From Octopus sinensis (taxonomy: Eukaryota), in the NCBI RefSeq assembly GCF_006345805.1, contig NW_021834925.1, forward strand, positions 1 to 46,698: 46,698 nt of DNA, in the 5' to 3' direction. The first letter of the stretch is position 1. Each line of letters begins with the position of its first letter. The translations under genes and the position numbers were made by a program. The notes below the pieces were generated by a model. The model did no database searches, was not told the origin of the DNA, and saw only the letters and a list, made by a program, of their open reading frames with translations. Below, piece after piece: positions 1-10,790 of this stretch.

Positions 1-234
1 AAATAACACAACACACACACACACACACACACCCACACACAATTGAATAAAGTTGCTTGACATTAATACACATTGCTTTCATGCAAACAACACACCACAG
101 TTCTATAAATACTTCCAATTTCTTTGATTTTCGGGTGTGGTTCTTCCTCTGTACGCGTATGCATGTGTATGCCTGTATTTTCTTCTGTGTATGTGTGTCT
201 GTGTGCGTGTCTGTGTGTGCGTGCGTGTCCATGC

Positions 235-280
<46 letters not shown>

Positions 281-665
281 ATGTCTTTGTGTGTATATAC
301 TCTTCCGCGTATGACTCTATATGAATGAACGTATGTATTGGATTTGGTGTGAACATAAGGTTGTATACATATTTGTGTTGTGTAAGGTTGAGTAGGAGTG
401 TGTGCATATGTGTCTATGTACGTGTGTGTGCATGTGTGTGTGTGCTTGTATGTGTGCCTAGGTATGTATTTATGTGTATGTGTGTGTGTATGAACGTGTA
501 TATGAATTCCCCAGTTACATATTGGTATACAGAAACAAGTTGCTTTAAGAACATATTCGTTTGAATGGATGTATACAGGCAAGACACAGGCACGACACAA
601 GCACACATACATTAACAAATATATATAATATATATATAATGTATATTATATATATAATATATATA

Positions 666-697
<32 letters not shown>

Positions 698-768
698 ATA
701 ACAATTATATACATACATATATATATATATATATATTGAAAATATGTAGGAAACACACACACAAACAC

Positions 769-803
<35 letters not shown>

Positions 804-918
804 TATATATATATATAATTATATATACATATATATGTGTGTGTATATATCCAGTTATACAATATGTTTATATATATACAATTATACATATATATGTATA
901 TATATATATACTTGTGTG

Positions 919-999
<81 letters not shown>

Positions 1000-1099
1000 G
1001 TATAATAATATAATATGTATATATATACACATATTTATATATATGCAACTATATATACATGTATCTATATCTATCTATCTATCTATCTATCTACTACCT

Positions 1100-1163
<64 letters not shown>

Positions 1164-1729
1164 GCTGTCTATCTAACTGTCTGTCTGTCTGTTGTCTATC
1201 CGTGTGTGTGTACATAAATATATATTGAATACTGCACTCCTCCAGGCTAGGTCTTTGTTATGAGAATTATAAATATCCGATTGATAAATATATTTAAATA
1301 ATTTAGTAAAGAAAGCCAGATATACCGCATAAACACACCGCCACAACACATCTATTTATACATACATACATACATACATACATACATACATACATACATA
1401 CATACATACAACATACATACATACATATATAATATAATATATATATATATATATATATGCTTATATATATGTATGTATTTCTCTGTATGTATAATGGAAG
1501 TATGCATATATACACACTCACACATACACTCAACACGCACGTGCGCACATACATACGTATGTGTATATATGTATATTGGATATATGTTTTATGTATATAT
1601 ATATATATGTTTGTGTTTGTGCGCATGAGTGTAAGCTGTATGTATATATATCTATGTATTCACGCAGACATGCATGCATACATACATACATACATACACA
1701 CATACACACATACATACATACATACATAC

Positions 1730-1760
<31 letters not shown>

Positions 1761-1785
1761 CATACATACATACATACATACATAA

Positions 1786-1822
<37 letters not shown>

Positions 1823-1830
1823 GTGTATTT
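1..1830. repeat. Compound microsatellite field: (CA)n/(GT)n, (TA)n, (TCTA)n, (TACA)n
   Basis: Read directly. All ORFs here are HT/CV/YI dipeptide artefacts. Confidence 0.98.
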
Positions 1831-2910
1831 CTTACCGAAATTTCTACACTTCTCTGTAAGGTGACAAAAATTTCCAATTTTGAAATATCTGTTGGTAATA
1901 CATTTGATTAAAGTGAATATCTAAAGAAAATGGATAGCTTTGATCTTTCAAAACACAAAAGCTGATTTCTTTTCTTCCTATCTGCTCTTTTCTTTATGTG
2001 TGTCAGACTAAAGATAATCTCTTTATTCTTAAAAACGACCCGAGCGAATGTGATCTAGTGTGGGCGAATGGGGGTGAGTCTCCGCATTAAATAACGATTT
2101 CTAGTATAAGTAAAAAGCCATAATTTTGGTGTTGGGGTTATACTCTATTAGCTGGAGCCCCAGTATATAATTGGTACTTGTTGTTTCTCTCAGGGAAGGA
2201 TATAAGATGAAGTTGACCATGGTAGGATTTGAACGCTGAATCTCCAAGGGCGAAGTACAGGGTCCCTTTACATTCTAAAATGAAATCCAGCCGAAATCGA
2301 ACAAAAGTTGTTGAGTCAGCTAGAGAATGACCATTTAGAGGGGGCAATCTGCTGCTTGCAGACTTAGTTAATTGCACGTCAATCAAAAACTTATTTTGAA
2401 TTTTCTTTAGTAGTGTTGCCCGCCTGATGATAAACCATGTTTCATGCATGGTTCATCATCAGACGGGCACCATGCCCGCTTTTGGGAAATGTTTGCCCAT
2501 GCCTGCTTTATGTAGCTGTTCGTCTTGCCAGACATTGCTACCAAATTCCCTCAAATGCCGCTGTTCCATCTTACCAACGTTATGGCTAGCTGACTAATGT
2601 AATTCTTGACATGCAAGGCGGTATAGTTACAGGTTTGAATATCTCTCATCCTCTTTCTACATCCAGCATGTCTGACTTGGCGCTAAATATCAACAACAAC
2701 AACAAAACAAATTTCTTGACCTAACTGTTTCGAAATGACATAACGTACAAAAGAGACTGATTCACATTGTACTCTCTCTGTAATTGATTATGGCTTGGGA
2801 TTAATGGAGGGTTAAATTTTAGAATTAAAAGAGAATCTCACTATTGAACTGATACAGGATCGCGATATAGAAGTAATACAGAACATATGAAAACAAGATT
2901 TTTATATTGG

Positions 2911-3122
2911 TTTCAAATTTTGGCACAAACCCAGCAGTTTCGGGAGAGGAGGTAAGTCGATTACATCGACCCCATCAATCACCTTGTACTTATTTTATCG
3001 ATCGCAAAATGATGAAAGGCAAAGTAAACCTCGGTGGTATTTGAACTCAGAATGTAAAGATGGACGAGATACCGACAAGCATTTTGTCCGTTGTGTTAAC
3101 AATTCTGCCAGCTCGCCGCCTT
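2911..3122 (-). mobile_element. tRNA-derived SINE family A (Meta/MESC-domain-like)
   Basis: Minus strand reads aaggcggcgagctggcagaa (A box), gagttcaaataccaccgagg (B box), ctttgcctttcatcattttgcgatcgataaaataagtacaag. The central domain resembles the Meta/MESC domain as I recall it. Confidence 0.85.
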
Positions 3123-3189
3123 TCTAGAAGTTTAAATATTGCCATAAAGAACGGAACCTAGAGGACTGAGTGCATTCGATTAACTAGAT

Positions 3190-3336
3190 CAGACATGGAC
3201 AATCGTTTTCGAAAAGAAGGCCGCATGAGACCAGCCTTATCGTTAGGCAGGTCGAATTTCTAAAAAAAATTCAAGGTAATTTTTAGTTAGGCGTGATATG
3301 TAGAAAGTCCCGTGGGCCGCAATTTGTTCATGTCTG
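3190..3336. mobile_element. hAT-Charlie-type MITE
   Basis: TIRs cagacatggacaa / ttgttcatgtctg; internal cccgtgggccgc. Degenerate 8-bp flanks aactagat / agctaaac fit an NNCTAGAN-type target. Confidence 0.6.
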
Positions 3337-3756
3337 AGCTAAACACTGTAATAATTGACTGATATTATCATTATTGTTGTTTTGCTCCCGCCAAGGTCAA
3401 CCATGATTAATTGGACAAGAAATTAATACCATTATAGTCCTTCCTATCTCACCTTTCATGATTAATTAGTGAGTATTATCAGGTGAATTATTTCCTTAAT
3501 GAAGGACTGAGAGGTAATGTCCATGAGGTTCTTCATTTCATATGCAATTGGCCGTTCTGTTGAATTCTTTTCTTCTTCAATGTCTTCCTTTCTAGTTTCT
3601 TGTTGTGCAAAACCAAAACTTTCAGCAATGAGGAATTGATTATCAAGATCACCTTCATCAACTCCAAACCATTCTTTAATTGGTTCCTAGTTATCAGTAT
3701 TTACAAAGGTACGCTGAAAGCCATTTGCCACAAATCCTTGAACATTTAAATAAATC

Positions 3757-3932
3757 TTCTTCTTCTTCTTCTTCGTCGTCTTCTTCTTCTTCTTCTCCTC
3801 CCCCTCCTCTTCCTCCTCTTCCTCCTCCTCTTCCTCATCCTCCTCCTCCTCCTCCTCCTCCTCCTCCTCCTCCTCCTCCTTCTTCTTCTTCTTCTTCTTC
3901 TTCTTCTTCTTCTTCGTCGTCGTCGTCGTCGT
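3757..3932. repeat. (CTT)n/(CCT)n/(CGT)n trinucleotide tract
   Basis: Read directly. Confidence 0.97.
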
Positions 3933-3989
3933 ATTATTGAGTGAGAGAGAAGAACATGACATCAAAGTGACACTGGGGCACAAAATATA

Positions 3990-4512
3990 TGAAAGCCAAT
4001 ATACTCATCATGACTACACATCTGATGAAGGTACACTAGGCACATGCATCACAACCATATGTGTGTGACAGGGTGGTCTCTTATCAAGATAAACAGCGCA
4101 TGACCTTGCAGGTGGGAGCCCAGTTCGAATCTTCTTCAGTTCGAGTAGCCTATCTCGCGCAAAAGGTCCCTGAATAAGGTTTGCTTAAGTATGATGATCA
4201 AAACACCCATGTTTCCTCAAGTGAATTATTCAAACCCCAAGGAATTTCTTCTTAACACATGGCTATTATGCCCTCCCCCACTACTGCTGTTCGTGATCAG
4301 AGATGCACATATCGTCAGCCACTAAGGGATATGCTCAACTGGTTAAAGTCAAGCAACTGATAAGCAAATCTGTGGTATTGAGCAGAATTTTTGCTGTAGC
4401 CCATCTTTTATACCAAGACAAAGCAATGTACATGATAAAACTTTCAATCAGTTAAGATCAGGAGCAATGAGAGCCAGTACCTGGTATTGCATCAGGGCAT
4501 TTATTATTATTA
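3990..4512 (+). mobile_element. Interspersed repeat family E (probable non-LTR 3' end with (TTA)n tail)
   Basis: Segment 4250-4395 recurs inverted at 27765-27910 (gcaaatctgtggtattgagcagaat vs attccgctctatactacagatttgc). Ends in ttattattattaat. Confidence 0.5.
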
Positions 4513-4715
4513 ATCTTCGCCTTAGCAAAGGCAGGGGTATTGTTTTCAGTCGTGTTTGTTTGTTTATTTGCTTGACTGTGTACAAGATATCTCAAGAACC
4601 GCTGGATGGATTCGGATGAAACTTTCAGGGATGTTTGACATCGTGACTTGCGCGAACTGATTATATTTTGGGATCGATCCGGTACCGGACAAGGATTCTT
4701 TTTTTATATTTTCTT
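4511..4715 (+). mobile_element. DINE-1/HINE-like non-autonomous Helentron fragment
   Basis: ttcgccttagcaaaggcaggggtattgttttc, a (GTTT)n microsatellite, then gatggattcggatgaaactttcag...ttttgggatcgatccgg. This matches the recalled HINE layout (subterminal repeat, tetranucleotide microsatellite, core). Confidence 0.5.
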
Positions 4716-5035
4716 TACGTTGCTTGTATATGTAAAGTTTCACATAGTTCTCTTGTACACATACACACATACATACATATACTCACACTTCAAACGCCGT
4801 TTATCGGTTTTTCCACCACTTCCTCATTATTCATCTATCACCCCTTCCTTTCTCATCCATTCGACGCTCTCTTTGCCATCTATCTCCTCTACCTTCACCT
4901 CTCACTTCGGCTCTATTATGAATGTATGTATGTATGTATGTATGTATGTATGTATGTATGTATGTGTATGTATGTATGTATGTATGTATGTATATGTATG
5001 TATGTATGTATATATAATATATATATTTCAACAAT

Positions 5036-5259
5036 TGAGGGTAAAATTAATTAATTATTAATCAATTTCACCAAGTATTCAGTATGCAAGGGACCATTTA
5101 AGGCAAATTCAAATTATTACATTATATAAAAGGGCTTAGTAAATAAATTACTTTGCCGCATACTGAACTCGTTAGAAATAGCAGCTAAAATAGTTTTTTT
5201 TAGCTGCTATTTCTAACGAGTTCAGTATGCGGCAAATAATTTATTTTACTAAGCCCTTT

Positions 5260-5267
<8 letters not shown>
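5036..5267. mobile_element. Fold-back copy of repeat family F between (TATG)n and (TA)n arrays
   Basis: About 70-bp inverted arms at 5121-5190 and 5198-5267. 5036-5190 is homologous to 5384-5545. Confidence 0.8.
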
Positions 5268-5330
<63 letters not shown>

Positions 5331-5374
5331 GTGTGTGTGTATATAGATATATGTATATATGTATATATATATAT

Positions 5375-5760
5375 AGTAATAACAAAGGGTAAAATTAATT
5401 AATTAAGAAGTAATCAATAATTTCACCAAGTAGAATTCGGCATGAAAAAAGGACCATTTCATGGTAAACTTAAGTAATACTAAATAATTAGGGTTCAGCA
5501 AAGATTTGCTTTACCACATACCGAAGCTTAGAAATAGCAGCTAAAAAACGTTAGCTATTTCTTCTACTTTAAAAAGGGACTCCCAGAAAAACCAAAATAC
5601 TTGAAAACAATCCACACAGGCAGAGAAGAAGAAGTAACGAAAATCAATCAATATCTGGTCACCTATGGACGCGCGTTTCGGAATTAGGTTGGAATGAAGA
5701 ATATAAAATTATACTTTACCAACCGTTTTCCTCTTCAGCATAGGACCCCATCAATAATTA
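5375..5760 (-). mobile_element. Penelope-like (PLE) pLTR-type fragment: hammerhead plus 3' tail ending in (TA)n
   Basis: Hammerhead at 5657-5747 followed on the minus strand by a tail of about 280 nt (family F) that abuts a (TA)n/(TG)n array. Confidence 0.6.
5657..5747 (-). ncRNA. Type I hammerhead ribozyme
   Basis: Minus strand: GGU-CCUAUG CUGAAGA GGAA..GGUUGG..CCAACC..UUCC GAAA CGCGC GUC^ CAUAGG-UG-ACC. Core intact; stem I 6+3 bp with a UG bulge; stem II G10.1-C11.1; palindromic stem III ACGCGCGU. Predicted cut between 5668 and 5667. Confidence 0.85.
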
Positions 5761-6084
5761 AATATTGAAATATTAAATTCGGAGGTACTTGAACCTCATT
5801 CATGTTTTGAATTCGGCATTACTGACGCTTAATATTATCTGTCCGATACCGTTAGGTGGAGAGATATGTTCAATTATTCCAGTACCTTCGAAACTATTTC
5901 AAATGGTGAATTTGTTAACTTTGGCTTGTACTAGATAACGATATTACGGTTACTAAATTTTCTAGAGCTGCTTTGAGATGTCATCTTTACAAAAAATAAC
6001 ATACCAAATCTAATATATAACTTGCGAAGTAAATAAAACTATGTCATTCGGCACATTGCTTCATGATGGTCACTTGCTAGTTCT

Positions 6085-6161
6085 CACTGCACAAAACCGT
6101 GTGCTGCCATCTTTTGGCGCGCTGCAGAACTAATTCGGGAACGTTTTGATACCACCTCGTA
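6085..6161 (-). mobile_element. Mariner-like TIR fragment
   Basis: Minus strand TA|CGAGGTGGTATCAAAACGTTCCCG resembles a mariner terminal repeat with a TA target. No partner end found. Confidence 0.4.
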
Positions 6162-6248
6162 TATGTTTGTACACACGCGCGCTCACCCCCCCCCCAATAA
6201 TAAAGGTGGCTTATTCGCAATTTACAACCAAAACTCAGAACTAAGTAC

Positions 6249-6590
6249 GTCCCTAAAGTGACTAAGAATACTAGTTAGCACCAGCGTTGCTAGACATAAT
6301 AGTCAAAACAACTCTTAGCCACAAGAATGCACTTATCAGCGTGTGATTTCTACGGAGACTCTTATAAGCTGACAAGGTGGGATAACTTAACCCTAGGCTG
6401 CTGGGGGAGAGCCACAGACGAGCATTAATCAAATGCGAAATCACTGATGATCTGGCTATGTCCTGAATGCTGTAGGGAGCTTGCCTCTCTTGTCATTCAA
6501 AAGGTAAATGCTTTCTAGTGGCTAAGAGTTGTTTCACTTTTATTTCTAGCAATGCTGGTGCTAACCAGTACCCTTACTCACCTTAGTGAC
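6249..6590. mobile_element. Long-TIR (about 87 bp) MITE-like / fold-back element
   Basis: gtccctaaagtgactaagaatactagttagcaccagcgttgctag...ctcttagccac pairs imperfectly with gtggctaagagttg...ctagcaatgctggtgctaaccagtacccttactcaccttagtgac. Confidence 0.75.
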
Positions 6591-6591
6591 A

Positions 6592-6654
<63 letters not shown>

Positions 6655-6656
6655 GT

Positions 6657-6691
<35 letters not shown>

Positions 6692-6692
<1 letters not shown>

Positions 6693-7651
6693 GCAATAAT
6701 AATTCTCTAAATGAGATATAGACAGTAACTGCTCCATAACATAAGGGACTAAAGCCATCTGAATATGGCTAGGGACAGGGCAGGGTGGTGGGGGTGTTAC
6801 TGTTGCATTTAGCCCCAGGCGAACATCAACGTCGCCAGATAGGCTTGACACCATCACGGCGTCCTCTATCCTGCAAAGGGAGATAATTCCCCGATGAAGC
6901 GGAAACCACACACGGACCTAGGTTTCAAGGTGTTTGCCTATTATCAACGTATGGTAGGCACCCGCTTCCCCGACGAACCACTCACTCTGCAGGATATTTA
7001 TATAGATTTTCAAGCAAAATACATTTGCTGATTTCGAAAATCTGTTCGACAGCAATAATAATTCTCTAAATGAGATATAGACAGTAACTGCCCCATAACA
7101 TAAGGGACTAACCTAGGTCCGTGTGTGGTTTCCGCTTCATCGGGGAATTATCTCCCTTTGCAGGATAGAGGACGCCGTGATGGTGTCAAGCCTATCTGGC
7201 GACGTTGATGTTCGCCTGGGGCTAAATGCAACAGTAACACCCCCACCACCCTGCCATGTCCCTAGCCATATTCAGATGGCTTTAGTCCCTTATGTTATGG
7301 AGCAGTTACTGTCTATATCTCATTTAGAGAATTATTATTGCTGTCGAACAGATTTTCGAAATCAGCAAATGTATTTTGCTTGAAAATCTATATAAATATC
7401 CTGCAGAGTGAGTGGTTCGTCGGGGAAGCGGGTGCCTACCATACGTTGATAATAGGCAAACACCTTGAAACCTAGGTCCGTGTGTGGTTTCCGCTTCATC
7501 GGGGAATTATCTCCCTTTGCAGGATAGAGGACGCCGTGATGGTGTCAAGCCTATCTGGCGACGTTGATGTTCGCCTGGGGCTAAATGCAACAGTAACACC
7601 ACCCTGCCCTGTCCCTAGCCATATTCAGATGGCTTTAGTCCCTTATGTTAT
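6692..7651. repeat. 359-bp unit in head-to-tail concatemers in both orientations, flanked by (TA)n
   Basis: The + arm 6692-7110 restarts at 7051 (period 359). The inverted arm 7111-7651 restarts at 7470 (period 359). Copies are nearly identical. Confidence 0.97.
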
Positions 7652-7687
7652 ATATATATATATATATATATATAGATATATGAGTGT

Positions 7688-7983
7688 GAAGGAGCATTGG
7701 CTTAGTGGTTAGAGCGTCGAGCTTACGATCGTGAGGTTGTCGGTTCGAATCCCCGACCGGGTTGCGTGTTGTGTTCTTGAGCAAGACACTTTATTTCACG
7801 TTGCTCCAGTTCACTCAGCTGTAGAAATGAGTTGCGACGCCACAGGTGCCAAGCTGTATCGGCCTTTGCCTTTCCCTTGGATAACACTGATGGTCTTCCA
7901 TAAACGACCTTGCCCGGACTTGTGCCTGGGAGGGTAACTTTCTAGGTGCAATCCCACGGTCGGCCATGATCGAAGAGGGTCTC
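7688..7983 (+). mobile_element. tRNA-head CORE-like SINE (family C, tail Y)
   Basis: A box tggcttagtgg, B box ggttcgaatcc, CORE-like cttgagcaagacactttatttcacgttgctccag..cagctgtagaaatgagt. Confidence 0.85.
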
Positions 7984-9125
7984 AATATGTATATGCATGT
8001 GTGTGTGTGTGTGTATGTGTGCATCGTGGGTTCACGCAACAGACGTGAGCATATAAAATAGCCTTGAAATAACACACTACAATCATATTACGTGTGTGCT
8101 AACCTGAGTGAAAATGTATCCTTGTTTTAAAGCCTTTTGTGCATTTATATCACGCAGAGTATATCCCAGAGACAATAGTCTACATCAAACATATTTTTAA
8201 AAAAACATATATTTCTTGGTAGTCTGATTCAGTTCGTTGTTTTTGTGCATACAAAATATCACTTGTAAATGTCCTTTTATTATTCAATTCAAATTCAAAT
8301 TTGAAACGATGGAAATCAAAATTAATACAATTTATGGGCATAATGCAATTCAGAATAATTAAGAATTACCGTCGATACTTTTCCCATTACTATGGATAAG
8401 AACGGAGAAATGTTTGGAAAAGTTTCGTTTTTGTTCAATTCAAATTCAAATTTTAGCACTTACTGTACAACATAGATCCAATCGATGCAGAGTTAGTATC
8501 GAATACTTTCGTTCGGTAAATATACTACAGTGTGGAAACAATCGTCTGATTGTGTAGTTTTTAGCAGACGACACAGTGACTGCATTAACAAAAGAGAAGT
8601 CTTGAATAAAAATGAAATCCATTGTGTTGATTTCTTCAACAGTAGTATCAGCACACACGCACTCAATTACTCACACACTCAAAAACTCACACATATTCAG
8701 AAACGCACACACACACACATATGTGTGTACTTAGATGGATGTCACCCAACTCCGTTCTCTCTCACTCTCTCTCTCTGTCTCTCTCTCTCTCTCTTCACAT
8801 ACCACCATACGGCGATTTTCTCAATTGTTTTTAATTGTATACATCATCGGCAGGCACTCTTGCTATACTACGTTGGTGGAACATTTTGAGAATTGATTTG
8901 TTCCTTGCCAGATGTTTCATGAACGCGATTAATCAACGAACTTTACCAATCCTCTCAAAAATATGACGTAAAACATGGCTTAACTTCAACGTTTAGTTAT
9001 TTCAAAAACATGCAAATTTAAGTCATATAATATATAGTTATGCGACTCACCCCCATTCCCTAAAATTATTTACTTTGTACCAAAATTTGAAGCCATTATT
9101 ATTACTTTTATCTGAGCACCAGCTA

Positions 9126-9905
9126 AAGGGGTGAGCTGGCAGAATCGTTAACACGCTGCACGAAATGCTTAACAGTATTTCGTCTGCTGTTACGTTCCGA
9201 GTTCAAATTCCGCCGAGATCGACTTTGCCTTTCATCCTTTTTGGGTCAATTAAATAAGTACCAGTTACGCACTGGGGTCGATATAATCGACTTAATCCGT
9301 TTACCTGTCCTTGTTTGTCCCTTCTGTGTTTAGCCTCTTGTAATTAATAAAGAAATAGGTATTTCGTCTGCCGCTACGTTCTGAGTTCAAATTCCGCCGA
9401 GGTGGACTTTGCCTTTCATCTTTTCGGGGTCAATATATTAAGTACTAGTTACGCACTGGGGTCGATGTAATCGACTTAATCCGTTTGTCTGTCCTTGTTT
9501 GTCCCATCTGTGTGTAGCCTCTTGTGGGCAATAAAGAAATAAGAATCGTTAGCACGCCGGAAAGAATGCATCCTGGCATTTCGCTGAGTTCAAATTTCAC
9601 CGAGGTTGACTTAGCTTTAATCTTTTCGAGATCGATGAAATAAGTACCAGTTGAGTAGTGGGATCGATGTAATCGGCTAGCCTGCTTCTCCCAAATCTCA
9701 GGCCTTTTGCCTATAATAGAATGAATTATCTTAATACGATTTAAAGCAGCGAGCTGACAGAATCGTCAGCATGACGGAGAAAATGCTTTGTGACATTTCG
9801 TCCGGTTTTACTTTCTGGATTCAAAATCCCGCTGAGGTTGACGTTGTCTCTCATTTTATCGGGGTCGATGAAATAAGTACCTGATGAGCATTGGGGTCAA
9901 CTGAT
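9126..9905 (+). mobile_element. SINE A cluster: dimeric A2 (9126-9540) plus further A copies
   Basis: Repeated A/B boxes and the Meta-like domain. Tail ccccttgtggg..taaagaaat occurs twice. Confidence 0.9.
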
Positions 9906-10109
9906 TGGGTTCAGTAGACTGCAGCTACTCCAACATCTCATCTGTGTGTGCAGATACAAATTATGTAAAAGCAATTTATACAGGGACAAGTCGTGAACAG
10001 CTGATCGGAGGACACCAAAACCCAAACAGCATAGGGATCAGACGCAGCGATAACAAGCCTTTTCGTTATGGGTGTGCTCAAATGTTACTGTAAATAATTT
10101 ATTTCTAAA

Positions 10110-10790
10110 TTTGGCACAAGGCCAGCAATTTTCAGAGGAAGTCAATTATATCGACCTCAGGTGGCGAGTTGGCAGAAACGTTAGCACGCCGGGCGAAATG
10201 CGTAGCCGTATTTCGTCTGCCGTTACGTTCTGGGTTCAAATTCCGCCGAGGTCGACTTTGCCTTTCATCCTTTAGGGGTCGATAAATCAAGTACCAGTTA
10301 CGCACTGGGGTCGATGTAATCGACTTAATCCCTTTGTCTATCCTTGTTTGTTCCCTCTATATTTAGCCCATTGTGTTTAGCCCCTTGTGGGTAGTAAAGA
10401 AATATATATCGACCCCAGGGCTCAACTGGCACCTATTTTATCGATTACGAAAGGGTGGGAGGCAAAGTAGGTCTCGGCAGAATTTGAACTCAGAGTGTAA
10501 CGAGCCGGAAGAAATGCGGCTAACCATTTTATCCGGCGCGGTAATGATTTTAGCAGCTCACCACCTTAATGTCACAGTGATTAATCCTTTCTACTATAGA
10601 CACAATACCTTAAATTTTCGGAGAGGAAGCTAGTCGACCATATCGACCCCAGTGCTCAGCTGGTACTCATTTCCTTGTCATGGAAAAGATAAAAATAAAG
10701 TCGACCTCGTCGGAATTTGAACTGAGGGCCGGACGAAATGCCGTTAAGGATTTAGTCTGGCGTGCTAGCAATTTTATCAATTCGTCACCT
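10110..10790. mobile_element. Nested SINE A copies: + strand A2 monomer (10161-10404) inside a - strand copy, followed by another - copy
   Basis: 14-bp TSD tatatcgacc(t/c)cag at 10147-10160 and 10405-10418. Confidence 0.85.

Noticed and set aside
57-1877. Many ORFs in microsatellite fields (also 23186-26659, 32408-33904, 37421-37995, 39057-39486, 43569-44662)
   Set aside because: Translations are dipeptide or homopolymer runs (CV, HT, YI, poly-V/P/S) produced by simple repeats that lack stop codons.
2424-2461. CTGATGA motifs as hammerhead cores (also 4022 and 6444)
   Set aside because: No correctly placed stem II, GAAA, NUH and stem I.
5760-5900. Possible GIY-YIG C-terminal remnant (SKCRIQN) upstream of the hammerhead
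   Set aside because: Only 4 residues match the recalled motif; not distinguishable from chance without an HMM search.
6387-6396. TTAACCCTAG as a telomerase RNA template
   Set aside because: Short imperfect match inside a repeat; no pseudoknot or H/ACA support.
6891-6925. CCGAUGA..GAAAC as a hammerhead in the 359-bp unit
   Set aside because: U4 is changed, stem II cannot pair (AGCG), and no stem I forms after the putative GUU.
6692-7050. Unit length of 359 nt equals that of potato spindle tuber viroid
   Set aside because: Coincidence; I see no pospiviroid central conserved region and the fold is branched, not rod-like.
7123-7383. 86-aa ORF MWFPLHRG... present three times
   Set aside because: GTG start, no recognisable domain, and the 359-bp unit is not a multiple of 3; its recurrence is explained by the DNA duplication.
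7527-7556. Twister-like P4 loop GGUGUCAAGCC; HDV-like GGCUAA nearby
   Set aside because: The pseudoknot partner, the UAA/P2 elements and an HDV L3 (UYCNCG) are missing or in the wrong order.
7688-7760. tRNA genes at SINE heads (also 20031, 24720, 28100, 28990, 29620)
   Set aside because: Anticodon and acceptor stems do not pair properly, and each continues into a SINE body.
8283-8453. 20-bp direct repeat ttcaattcaaattcaaattt around a 131-bp spacer
   Set aside because: Low-complexity (TTCAAA)n-like; only two copies, so not CRISPR-like and not convincing as a TSD.
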